Shown here in pieces: positions 51,403 through 62,874 of a stretch of DNA of 64,000 bases. This DNA comes from Takakia lepidozioides (Eukaryota; Plantae; Bryophyta): positions 14,756,001 to 14,820,000 of the forward strand of contig CM060732.1 in NCBI GenBank assembly GCA_030704615.1, written 5' to 3'. How positions within the stretch are numbered: position 1 is the stretch's first letter; every line of letters starts with the position of its first letter. A program made the translations under genes and the position numbers. Under the pieces are notes generated by a model, which had not been told where the DNA came from, made no database searches, and worked only from the letters and a program-made list of their open reading frames with translations.

Positions 51403-54400
51403 GGTTGGGCTCGATGAACCACCTACCCGGCTGCGGTTAGTGCAGGGGTCCGCGGAATGCTACGGGGGTTGACTGACAATTTCTAGTTCCTACCGGCAAA
51501 GAAGAGCTCAACTACTCTACTTCATAGGGCGATTTGCGTTTCCTAGTCCTACGGTCTTTTTACGATTTTTAATTGTGATGTAACTGCCAAGTCTTTGTTT
51601 ATTAACTAACTCCTAATGCCTATGTCCCCGAGCCACTTGCAGCCGGGATATCCGTGCATCCCTTCACAAAGCACCTTCCAAACCTAGGGAGGAGAGGATC
51701 CAATTCCTTCTCCCATTGGGCCCCTCGTTCTCCGGGTGCTTGAGTCCAAGACACTCACGGGAAAGAGCTAGGCTCTCCCTCTCCAAAGCTCAATCTTTAG
51801 CTTAAGGGGAAAGGGTCATAAAACAATGTCAGTCAAATAAGTTCAAAACGTTCAATAAGTTGCCCACAAGTCACCTAAGTTCCCCAAGTTCAAAAAGTTC
51901 AATCAGGCGCCTTAATCCTATTTAGGAATTTTTCGCCCTCAGAAATACATTAAAAATATTTATTAAAAAAACATTAGGAAAAATACCTCCCAAGTAGAGA
52001 ATCCTGAGGGGGATCCAAGATGCCCTTGGCGACCCCCAATGGAACGTGGGAACCCCCTGGGAACCAAGCTAAACTTCTGGGAGGGAATCGTTCCCCGCCG
52101 CGGGGAATGGCGTGCCGCCCTGGATGAATGAAATCCCTGAGACAAGGAACTTTTTCGTTCATCTGTTAGTGCAGAATCCGCAAGCCTAAAATATAAAATA
52201 AGCCCATGGTGGGTCCAAGTCTGTTTCAACCTCTTTATATTAGTTTAAGGTGGCAAGGGTGCTTAAAAGGTCATCCCCTACCCTTGGCTATGACACGTGT
52301 TGTCACTGTAGCCTAGAATTCTGGACAGAGTACTTTTTGTTCACCCCTGTCTCCCGCTGCCTCTATCTATACCTCTGAGCTCATAGGTTTCCTCATGCTC
52401 TTCTCTGGTTTGAATGCAAGGCCCCTTCAGGGGCTCTCTATCCTCAAAAGCTAATGCTAACAGATCTCGAAATAACGCCCCCCAACCCCTTAGAGGGGTC
52501 TAAAATAAATGGAATAGTAGAAGGTCAAGAAAACCCCCCTTAAGAATTTGATCTCCGCTCTACCCGCGGGATAAAGACGTGGCGGGGCGTGGGACCGCGC
52601 GGGCCAGGCAGCGCCGCGGACCGCTGCGGTTTATACCAGCGATCGCTGGTCCGTGGGCCGAATGGTTTCCCGGCGGGTAATGGCCCTTTTTGGCACGCCT
52701 CTCTGGTCCCGCGTGCTCAGGCCACGCGGGTTTGTCCTTCTTGCAAGTACGACTCAAAGTCAGTGGGCCCGCCTCTCAGCGCCGTGGCGCGTGGCCACAG
52801 TTGCTCTCCGCGACTGTTTCCTCGAGCTCCGAGCTGCTGGCGGCCCAAGGGGGCAGCTCCTATGAACCGAAAAGCAAACCCCCAAAATAAAAAACATAAT
52901 CCCTCCCCCCTTTATATTCGAAGGGTCCCTATGATTGGGGAACTATTGGAGGTTAGTATGGCCTTCCTCGACCTTTTAGATCTTCATTCCAGCTCTGGTT
53001 ATAAGCTGCTGAGCTATATATCAGCTCTGCTACTTGACGTTTTTAAGAAAAAAAAAACATGACTCAATACTTCATTCTATCCACCATAGTGCAAATGGCC
53101 TTTTGGCAAATCATATCATGGGGTCTTCCCACATCTGTTATGAACTCAAGATGCATTCACGATGCACTTCACCTCTTCAAGATGGTTTTTTCTTCAATCG
53201 ACTTATAAATGACAAAGTGAGGAGTGTGTCAACCTTCCAATGTGCGAGGTGCCTGGGATGCTCTATCGACTCGTGGATTGGTACTCTATGCGGTCCTTAT
53301 GCGGTACTTGTCACAAGGTCCAAACCGGTCTCTCTTACTCGTCTCCAAATCCTCCTCTCCACATGAATTTGCACAAGCCTCCTTTATAAATTCTAAAGGG
53401 CCTCAAGGCCAACAATCTTGCCTTAGCTCTCCAACAACCTTCCTACACTAGGGAGCTTCAAGCTCCACTCCCTAGGACCTAGGCCTCCTCATGCAAGACT
53501 AGCAAAACAACACTACAACAAGCAAGAGGAAAACTATACAATGAAGCTAGGTGAAGAACTGAGAGAGCTTGGTCCTCTTTATATATTGTTTTTGGGCCTA
53601 AAAAACTAATGTGAAATATTGTTAAACTATTATAAACTTGAGGAATTTATAGTTTAAAAACAATAGAGTGAAATAAACTAATAATTTGGATGGAAAATCT
53701 TAGAGGCAAATGATAAATGCTTTTTCATCCATCCCTTAGATGGCTAGTTGGCGCTAGTTGTCATTTTTCATCCATCCAACCTCCAGGGCGATTTTATCAT
53801 TTTCATCCCATGGATGAAGTAGAAAATCAATTAATCGGTCTCCGCGAGTGCCGTTGTGAAAAGATACTTCAATCGCCGGTTTTCGTGGTTTCGCCATGTA
53901 GGAAGTTTGCCTCTTTCTGGAAAATAATTTGCCGATGGTGCCCCTGGGGTCCTTGGTCCTGCCACTGGGTCACAGATCGTCCGGAGTCATCTCTATGTAT
54001 CCTCCACCGCTAGGAAGTCATTGCCGCGCCTTGAAGCCGACGTGACTCGTCTATTGTCCTGATGCTACATCCTGTTTTTTCGCGATATCTCATCGTTGTA
54101 CAAACTGCTTCTAACAATTGCCAAGTCTTCTCCCGTATGAGCCTAATGGACTTGAGAGAGGAGAGAACAGTTAGATCGCAACCTATAATTTCAAACAGTC
54201 GCCCTGTATGTTTGAACAAATCCAATTGATGTTATGGGTATCGACTTGGTAACCTATCTTGCTGTCGATGCAGGTTCCTACGATCGTTTTGACGCTAGAG
54301 TCCCACTCCATGGTCGTCGCAAACGCTATCTAAATTCCTTAGTGCTTCACCAACGACTTCCCAATAACTAACAATTTGCCCTGCTTTGGCAATACAATGC

Positions 54401-54819
54401 CTAAATTGCTTGTCTAAAGATAAAAAAACGAGGGGGACAATGAGAAGCTGCAGAAGAGTCTCTAACATGGGAGAGGATGTCAATTGACTTTCTCCAATTG
54501 ACTTTTAAACCGGAGGCTTCACAGAAACTGGAGAAGGCAATAAGACGATCTTTGGCAAAGTTTTGTTAAGCCATACAGCTGAAATTGTGTATTATAGTTG
54601 CACCTCACAGATTCAAATGAGATGACTATATGGAAATCACCCTCAGAGGTAGGACTGAAAAGTGATACCGAAATACAGGTGGCAATGCCATCAAATTCTC
54701 AAGGTTTGGTTGTTGGAGGACAATCATGTAGGGAATTAATCCTCAGTCCGCAACCAATCCAGACAGCACAGCTGCCGTGCGAGTGCTGCAGTTGATGTCG
54801 TAGCGGCAGATCCTTGTGT

Positions 54820-56630
54820 AGATGCATATAATGGTACATTTTTGTGGGCAGGACATCAACTTGAACTGGCTGTTGGATGGCCAGTCACATGTGCTGTTGG
54901 GACACCACATTGGACATGACCCAAACGACCTGCATAGAAGTGAATCTGTCCTGGCAAAATTGAAGAAAAAACTAGCATATTGGAGCTCTGTGCACCTATC
55001 CATTATTGACAAAGCCTTGACCGTAAACCAAATTCTTTTAGCTTCCTGCTGGTTTATTTCTTCAGTCTGGTCATCTGGTGTGGCGATTTGTCAACAAAAT
55101 CAAGGTCCTGATTCGAAACTTCATCTGGGGAGCAACACAATCTAGACCTAATTGTCGAGCTGGACTCAGATCACGCAAAAAAGAAGTATGGAGGCCTAGG
55201 TATTTTGGATCCTAACACTCAGATATGTGCCGTGTTAGCCAAATGGATCCCAAGGATTTTTTGCATTCTCTCTGCTCCTTGGAGCATTCTTGTGAGACGA
55301 CACCTTATTCATGCCACACCTCCCCCCCGCCCCCCCGGATCTTTGGCCTGCGTCCCTCAGATGGGTTGTCCAAGGAGGGATTTCGAACAGCTCTCTGGAC
55401 GTTGGCTCCGCTGCTTGGAGGTCCATATGGACAGCCTGAATTAAAATTCTCTCTCAAAAAAGCCCATTGATTGCTGAAGAGGTTTTCAGACAACTCTTTT
55501 TTGGTAACTACAATAGAGACTCTGAGGAGTTAATTAAATGTACTTCGCGTTGGGCACACTATGAAGCTGCTAATGTGTGTCATTTCTCTCGTATTTGCGA
55601 CAATGGAGCTTTGCTCCCAATGCATGAGGCCACTGCTTCGCTTTCTGCAAGGCGTGCCATGTCTGGAGAAAAGATCGTGCAGCAAAAATTAGTGGCTTTC
55701 TTTGGAAGCTCGTTAACAAGATACTAACAAGATACTACCTGTGCGTGCTCATTTCCCTGATCGATCCGTTCAATGTATCTCCTGCCATTTGGGTGCCCAA
55801 GAAACTCTTGAACATTGCTTTGTTTCCTGCCCCCTCACTTCAACTATCTAGAATCTAGTCCTTGGCTTCTACTCCTCATGGAATAATCTGACTATGAACA
55901 GCCCTGCAATTCTACTTCTGAATTATAATCAGGGTCATTCTTGGACCTCATGCCAGGTGTGGGCTGCCCTTAGAGCCTACACTCTGTGGAATGTGTGGAA
56001 ATCTAGGTGTGCCTTCATCTTTGACGGTAGACCACTTTGTGTTAGAACTACTCTGTGTAGGGTTCACTCAGACCTCATGTTTGAGGCCCGCAAGGCATGG
56101 TGGGTTATGGGGGAAGCTTTTTGCAGGTGTGATCAAAGATAGAGAACTCAATTGCTCACTCAATTTGACAACACTTGGGGCAAGGGAGCAGTCATCTGCT
56201 CTGGAGATCCGACATCGGGGATTTGTTGGAATGACTCCATCCCACCAAGTTGGGCGCTCGCTTGCACGTCAATCCCCTATAGATGGTGAAGAGTCTGAAG
56301 TGAACTGGAGGCATCGCAAGTCCCTAAGAAAGACTCGCTCTAGAACCCACCTCTTATTTGAACCTTACAAAAGAAATCGTGGTAGTTATTAGAACCTTTT
56401 ATGCTTTCATGGCAGCCTTCGCTTTGTTATTAAGCTTTTATCTCTCCCTTTCATTCTTCACTGACTTGGCTACGAAGCATTGTCTTCTTGGATCAACCTC
56501 TATGGCACTTCAGATGAGGTTATTGTTTCCTCAATGTACTCCTTGGGCTTTTGTCCCGCTGTTATAAAGTACAGGGCTTCCATCCCCTTTCCTTAAAAAC
56601 CAAAAAAAACAAAACAAAACAAAACAAAAA
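54820..56630 (+). mobile_element. Degenerate 5'-truncated L1-like LINE with internal deletion
   Basis: LLGHHIGH..KKKLAYWSS..ALTVNQILLAS, GLGILDP, C..C..ETLEHCFVSC, LWNVWKSRC; A-rich tail ~56595-56630. An upstream piece FCEASGLKVNW lies on the minus strand at ~54475-54545. Confidence 0.85.
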
Positions 56631-57489
56631 TATCACATTGAGCTCCGGTAAGGCTAATAGATTTGGATGGAATCCCAGATTATGAATGAAATGTGGACAA
56701 GTCATGATGCATAAAGGTGGAAATGTGGGAAGAAGTGGCAAGGAGGTGGCTACCATGTGGCACGATCTTGAGTGATGAAGTAAAACGGATCGCAACCATT
56801 GGTATGTTTGGATGTAAGTCGTGAAGGATGAAGTTGTTTTGTCACGGACGAAATCTCAAACAGACATGGCATTTGTGGTGTTGAAGCGCCACTTAACAAC
56901 AAACTTTAATATTTTAGAGGCTTGTATTAACCCTTATTTTAGAGTATTAACCTTTTTGGTGGGGCCATCCTAAAATCGTATATAACCTTGATCTATATAA
57001 CCTTGGGGCCATCCTTTGATTTGTTGGCTTCTCTTTATTCTAAAGAGGAGACTACGCATCAGTGTCAAAAATTGCTAGGCCATTGTTGTGCCTCCCAAGG
57101 TGTACCTCCTCTCTTTTGCTGAAAACTACTTCCTGATTTGCCTTCTCCAGGTAACACTTCCCTCAGGTAACATCTCTCTTATTGAACAATCTATGAAAAA
57201 TAAATGAATAAGTCTTCAAGTTTATTATGGATGGAAGTAGATTTCACTATTCACAAAGAGGAGCCATACGCCACTAGCCGTCTATTTTCATAATAATTAT
57301 ACTAGGGCTATGCGTTGCTCTACACTACCAGTGACAACTTCTGAGAACAATGATTCGGGTGTGTATGCAGTGAGAGAGACTGTCGTGCGCATACATATCG
57401 CTACACAACTACATCGCTGTCCAAACCACACCATACATATATGCACAATAAAGTAGTCTGCCACAATGATAGAAATCCAACGAACACAC

Positions 57490-57901
57490 TGTGACACAAA
57501 ACATGAAAACCAAACCATCACTCTTAGAAAATAGTAGTCGAGCCAGGGGCACCCCAAGCTATGGGGACTCCACCCCACAACAACCTGTACCCCTACATAA
57601 GCACACTCAAATCTAAACACATGCAGGAGCTCGGTCGCGCAGGCTCAACTCGAGAAAGATGAGCCGCGCGACTGCCGCTCTCGTGAAGATAAGACGGACC
57701 AGGTGTCAAACTAAACTTGACACCTGATTTAACACTTGACCTAAATCCAAGTGTTAAATACAAATAACTAGTTTTATTCTAGCTGTTTTCACACTGTGCT
57801 TATTTAACTTGACAGCTGTCGTGCGCATACATATCGCTACACAACTACATCGCTGTCCAAACCACACCATACATATATGCACAATAAAGTAGTCTGCCAC
57901 A
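57490..57901 (-). repeat. Putative 3' LTR of the Gypsy element (412 bp)
   Basis: Minus strand begins TGTGGCAG and ends GTGTCACA (imperfect 7-bp inverted termini), immediately after a polypurine tract; the partner LTR is outside the window, so the distal end is inferred. Confidence 0.65.
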
Positions 57902-57913
57902 ATCGCCCCCCTA
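57902..57913 (-). promoter_or_regulatory. Polypurine tract (plus-strand primer)
   Basis: TAGGGGGGCGAT directly before the TG of the LTR. Confidence 0.75.
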
Positions 57914-58161
57914 GCTGGTGGATAGGTCCCTCTACCTCCAGATAGCTACAAGATGTAATAGCCACAGCCGTACTAAGTCCTCTATCACTGTCCCTATTGT
58001 ACTCAAACTCTATAGACCAAGAGGCCGGGTACAAGAGTAGCCCCATCGTTAGTCGCCATCTTGCAATCTGTGAACTTGAGCCAGGACCTCGTGTGTTCAA
58101 GGTCTCCTAGTAGCTGGGCCTTGCGTTGCTTGTTAGTCTCCCATGGTTGTATCCACTCCCA

Positions 58162-59472
58162 CTATCCAATGCATTGTGGACATAACCAATCCCCATCTGG
58201 AACCATCTCAAGAGGTGGAGTCAAGCACCCCATATGCCAACCTCTAGAGCATCGATCACACACCAGCATGGTGGCTGCCCCTTTAGCAGACCCACACAAC
58301 ATGCACCTCAAACCTGCAGATACCACTGCCAGGTTTGGGTCAATCCTGCCATCGACATTCGGAAGGTGACATGGCGCACAATTACGCACATGGTCCTTCC
58401 AAGTTATGCCATCCCGACCCTCCAAGACCAAGACGCCTGAGGGCAAGACCTCTCGAACCCTCAAAATAACACGTCTTGCAGTCACATCCAAGGTCGTAGG
58501 AGCAGTCTGCTGCAGATAGACATAGTCACCAGGGTTGAATCTCCGAACCCCAGGACGATAGCCCCCACCACGTATGGTAGCATACCTCAACGTATCACGG
58601 TGTTGTGCAATGGCAAGGTTCTCGAAAGCCATGGGCATGACTCTCTTGAACAACTCTGCACGCTGCTCACATGCACGTGCCCACACGTCCGGATCGTCAA
58701 GGTTAAGAACTGTAGCAGCTTCTCTGCGAATGGATGTAGGCAAATCCGGCTCTCGGCCAAAGAGAAGAAAGTATGGTGAGAAGGAGGCAAGTGATGCTTG
58801 CTTGCTGAACCTGTAGCCCATGGCTAACCAGGGTAACTGAAGGTCCCAATCTCCTAGGTGTCCCTTCTGCAAGCCATACTTGCGCAAACCCCTCTTTACT
58901 GTCTGAACAACTCTCTCTGCCAAGCCATCGGCTTCAGGATGATCCCGAGAAGTGGTGCGGTGGTCTATCAAGGCCTTGTCACACAAAGCCTGAAACTCCC
59001 CCAAGAACTCTCTCCCTTGGTCCGTGAGTACCTCAGCTGGAGCACCGAATCGGCTAAGCACACAATCCAGGAATGCATACGCAGCTCCCTCACTAGCCTT
59101 ATCAGGCAATGGAACCAATTCAATCCACTTGGAGAAGTGCTCCACCATCACCAACACGTACTTGTTGTGGCGCATGGTCAGTGGCAACGGCCCTGCGAAG
59201 TCAAGACTCCACCTGTAGCCCAATCCCATGATCGGAAGAGGGTGCAATTGTGGAGTAGGGGCGTTGAATGAAGCACGCACCCTGTCACACACCATGCACC
59301 TAGCCACAAATTGTTGCACCTCTGTGTGCATACCACGCCACCAATACTGCCCCTGCAGTAGACTATGAGTGCGTCGCACCCCAAAATGCCCCAACTCCTC
59401 ATGGGCATGCCGCACTAACCGTGCCCGCTGTGTTGGGTGAGGCACAATCCTCACTCGACCATCCTCCCACAC
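58162..59472 (-). CDS. Integrase (HHCC, DDE, SH3-like) with C-terminal PHD finger
   Basis: HEELGH..CMVC; SLDFAGP, LTDQGREF, DGLAER; CMLC..CDRC..WHMGC..WLCPQC (C4HC3). Confidence 0.95.
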   Translation of the reverse strand: MWEDGRVRIVPHPTQRARLVRHAHEELGHFGVRRTHSLLQGQYWWRGMHTEVQQFVARCMVCDRVRASFNAPTPQLHPLPIMGLGYRWSLDFAGPLPLTMRHNKYVLVMVEHFSKWIELVPLPDKASEGAAYAFLDCVLSRFGAPAEVLTDQGREFLGEFQALCDKALIDHRTTSRDHPEADGLAERVVQTVKRGLRKYGLQKGHLGDWDLQLPWLAMGYRFSKQASLASFSPYFLLFGREPDLPTSIRREAATVLNLDDPDVWARACEQRAELFKRVMPMAFENLAIAQHRDTLRYATIRGGGYRPGVRRFNPGDYVYLQQTAPTTLDVTARRVILRVREVLPSGVLVLEGRDGITWKDHVRNCAPCHLPNVDGRIDPNLAVVSAGLRCMLCGSAKGAATMLVCDRCSRGWHMGCLTPPLEMVPDGDWLCPQCIG

Positions 59473-59489
59473 TCGGAGCAGGTGTGTCC

Positions 59490-61265
59490 CCTAGGATCCG
59501 ATCCCTCTCCTTGGCAGTCATAGTGGCTGCCGTGTCTCCACTGCGGAGGTAGTCCAACACAACTGAATCCTCATGTATATCTTTGGCGCCACCCTGCTCA
59601 TTGCTGGCCTCAGGGTCCTCAGACACTTGATCTACAGTCATCCCTGTTGTAGGTCCAACCTGGCCTTCCGCTGCCAAGATACACAGAAATGCAGATGCAT
59701 GCCATCCGGGCACCATCTCCTCGTCCGTCTCACCATGCCACCGAGCTCCAGTGTCATCCTGCTGGCTCGTGCATGGATTGCGACTCAACCCATCTGCATT
59801 TCGATTGACCAAACCCGGTCGATGCACCACCTGAAAGTCATACTCTTGAAGGATGAGTGCCCACCGTGCAAGCTTCCCCGTAAGCGTGACTCCATCAACC
59901 ACTTGAGTGGTTGGTGATCCGTGACAAGGGTGAAGAGATTGCCGTATAGATAGCACCTGAAGTGTGCCACGGCCCACACTGCAGCTAAGCATTCTCCCTC
60001 ATATGAGCTATACTTAGACTCTGCAGCATTGTTCGAGCGGCTAGCATAAGCCACTACGAACTCTCTTCCCTCATCATCCACCTGTGTGAGCACCGCTCCA
60101 AGCCCCAGCATGCTCCAATCTGTATGCAGCTGAAAAGGACGCCCCCTGATAGGTCGTCTCAAGATGGGCGCCGAGGTCAACCTCGCCTTGAGCTCTTGAA
60201 AAGCTTGTTCTTGCTCATCTTCCCACTGCCACTCCTGGTCCACCTTGGTCAGCTTGGTTAGAGCCTTTGCAATGGCACTAAATCCCTTAACAAACCGTCT
60301 GTAATAGTTTGCTAACCCCATGAAAGCTCGAACTCGGCTCACATCCGTGGGGCGTGGAACCTGTGCAATGGACTCTACCTTAGTCTGCTGTACCCCCAAT
60401 CCTCCAGGATATATCATGTGACCCAGATACTCAATCTGGTTGTGGAAAAACTTGCACTTGCCCGGATGTAACTTCAATCCGTGCGTCCTCAAGCGCTCAA
60501 ATACCCCCTGAAGGTGTCTCTCATGCTCCTCCACCGTAGCACTAAAGATGATGATGTCATCTATGTAGCACCGAGCAAACTCCACCCCTGCTAGAATCCT
60601 GTCCATGACTCTTTGAAACTCAGCGGGAGCGTTTTTAAGCCCAAATGGTAAGAACCGCCACTGGTATAGGCAATCCTTCCCGTGCTCATTGATCCCCCAG
60701 AATGCCGTTTTTGCTTATCCGCCTCCTTGATCGGCAACTGGTGATATCCGGATCGTAAATCCAACGTGCTAAAGACCTTGGAATGCCCAATGGCATCAAA
60801 GATCTCCTCTGGTGTTGGCATGGCATACCTATCGGACTTGGTCTGACGATTTACAGGCCGGTAATCACCGCACATACGTCTCTCCGTCCAATTGCCATAG
60901 ACATCCTTCTTAGCTGGCATCACTGTGGCTGAAGCATACTCTCCACCAGAGAGCTCCACCAAACCTGCCTCCCAGAGATCTTGAGTCCTCATCTGAATCA
61001 AAGACCTCTCCATGTCACTGTATCTATAGGGTCTCCGAAAGATTGGCGTGTCAGTGGCCAACTCAATACGGATCTCTTGACCCTTCAGTGCTCCCAAGTC
61101 CTTCAAACTGAAGGCAAAGCAATTCCTGTAAGCCCTCAGGAACCGCCGTATACGTCGTCTCTCTCCTCCGGTGACAATGGGTCCAATGTCAGGCTCCCAA
61201 TTGTCCTCCGTAACTGCAACCTTAAGTCCAGTGGGCTTAGAGGTAGAGGACGCGTCCCGTGGTTG
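59490..61265 (-). pseudogene. Reverse transcriptase + RNase H (frameshifted)
   Basis: RMCGDYRPVN, LDLRSGYHQ, FGLKNAP, YIDD (60567-60556), YLGH, TDWS, YSSYEGE, TDHQPL, NADGLSR. Confidence 0.95.
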
Positions 61266-62630
61266 CTATGCTGCAACCTCTTGAGCAGTACCCCCTTCCT
61301 GCTCAGTCAATGACAAGGCCTCATCCTGCCCCATCATCTCATCATTGAGAACCTCCTCATCCCGAGAAGAATCCCCAACCTCATCCATCACAGCTGCCTT
61401 CGCTGCCAACTCCCTCTGAACCTCGAGCACCTCCCACATGTGCCATGGATGTCTACACCTCGTGGTCCTCACCGGCTCGCCCCCACTCGCTGCCTGTACC
61501 GTCTCGGTAGGCAGAGAGACCGTCAAGGGAAGTGCACTCCGCACTCTACGTTGCTCAGCCATAGCCAAGCTGACAATCCAGGTCAAGCAATTGAGATCCA
61601 TTGCTTGCCCCAACACCTGACGACGTGATGCCTCAGAAAGAGAAGGCACCGCCGTGGTCCCAGTGGAAAACCCCATAGCCCGCTCTCGCTCGTCGGCATT
61701 AGGCTCCACTAACTGCTGCAACTGAGCATCCCACAAGAGGCCAGGTCCACCATCCCGAAAAGCATGGGATCCTGGGAAGCTGAGCAGTGTAGGTAATGCT
61801 GCTCGTGGTTGACCCACCCTGTTGACCACTGCCAAAGGCGAACGGTCATCGTGTCTCACACGTTGAGACTGCCTTCCTGTGTCCAAAATGCCATCCACGG
61901 TGAGGTGTGCTGGCCGCTGCACCCCATCAAATGCACGCTTGAGCAGTGCGGGTGGCATCAAGTTAGTCCACCATAGTCGTGGACGATGAGCCCGTGACCC
62001 CACTGCAGCTGCATCCAGCAACACTGCTGACCCAAGCCACGACCGGACTTGATGCACACTGGCCATCACCCTGGCCCGAGAATCACCCATCAGTGGTACA
62101 TTCTCCAAGATGTATGCTGGAGATACAGCTTGATGAAGCTGCAAGCAGCGCAAAATCCGCACCATCTCCCAAAACAGACCCGTCCTCGAGTCTCGCAATC
62201 CATTGCCATGCCCGGCTGATGAATGCCCTTGGCAGGGCCAACCTGCCACTATCAGATCAATGGAGCCAACCTGCTCCAAATCTTGCGCCCCCAACAAGGA
62301 AATGTCTGCTGGCAAGGCTTGTTGGTATCCACGAACTGCAGACACAGGCAACAAGTCAGGGTACTGCTGTACCAACTGAGCCACATGGCGCAGTGAGACA
62401 CGTCGTGCAGTCTCATCCCTCTCCACATACAGGTAACGCCTTACCCGCACACCTGCCTGTAGCACAGCAGCCAATCCGGTGCTGATCCCGCCAAACAAGT
62501 CCAGAAGGCAAATGCCTTCATCCGGCCGCTGCCACACAAGAGGTGTGGTGTCCAATGGCGACAACTGAGGTGGCCCTGGTGCAATCACCGCACTCTCCTC
62601 CTCTCTGACGGTACAAAAGCTTCTTCCCAA
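61266..62630 (-). CDS. C5-cytosine DNA methyltransferase domain (DNMT3-like) within the retrotransposon polyprotein
   Basis: Motif I LDLFGGISTG, II YVERD, IV DLIVAGWPCQGHS, V DSRTGLF, VI ILENV, VIII AHRPRLWWTN, IX ERERAMGF, X RRQVLGQAMD; canonical order. Confidence 0.93.
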   Translation of the reverse strand: MGRSFCTVREEESAVIAPGPPQLSPLDTTPLVWQRPDEGICLLDLFGGISTGLAAVLQAGVRVRRYLYVERDETARRVSLRHVAQLVQQYPDLLPVSAVRGYQQALPADISLLGAQDLEQVGSIDLIVAGWPCQGHSSAGHGNGLRDSRTGLFWEMVRILRCLQLHQAVSPAYILENVPLMGDSRARVMASVHQVRSWLGSAVLLDAAAVGSRAHRPRLWWTNLMPPALLKRAFDGVQRPAHLTVDGILDTGRQSQRVRHDDRSPLAVVNRVGQPRAALPTLLSFPGSHAFRDGGPGLLWDAQLQQLVEPNADERERAMGFSTGTTAVPSLSEASRRQVLGQAMDLNCLTWIVSLAMAEQRRVRSALPLTVSLPTETVQAASGGEPVRTTRCRHPWHMWEVLEVQRELAAKAAVMDEVGDSSRDEEVLNDEMMGQDEALSLTEQEGGTAQEVAA

Positions 62631-62874
62631 GCTTGTTGCACCCGTCCATCAGCAGCTTGCTGCAAATCCTTGCTCGTACCCCACAACGGAGTGTGAGCAA
62701 CCATGGCAGGCAACTCCGCCGTACCATGCATGTCATCCTGCTCTGCTGGAGGTGGCACATCCTCTGCATGGGCATTGCCTTCCAGCAACTCTCCAGGCCA
62801 ACTAACGGCAGCTGTGAAGGCGGCTAGTGTTGGCATCTTGCCCCGCTGGGCAGCTGCAATACCCCCAATGAATG

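Noticed and set aside
51450-53830. Solo LTR or other retroelement non-coding region
   Set aside because: Looks repeat-like, but I could not define TG..CA ends, PBS, PPT or TSD.
57301-57326. Second Helitron 3' end on the minus strand (..GAGCAACGCATAGCCCTAGT)
   Set aside because: Stem is weak and spacing to CTAG is too short to call.
61266-62630. Host DNMT gene (DRM/CMT/MET1) or bacterial restriction-modification contaminant
   Set aside because: Intronless, no UBA/BAH/chromo domains, no endonuclease partner; embedded between protease and RT and in frame with RT.
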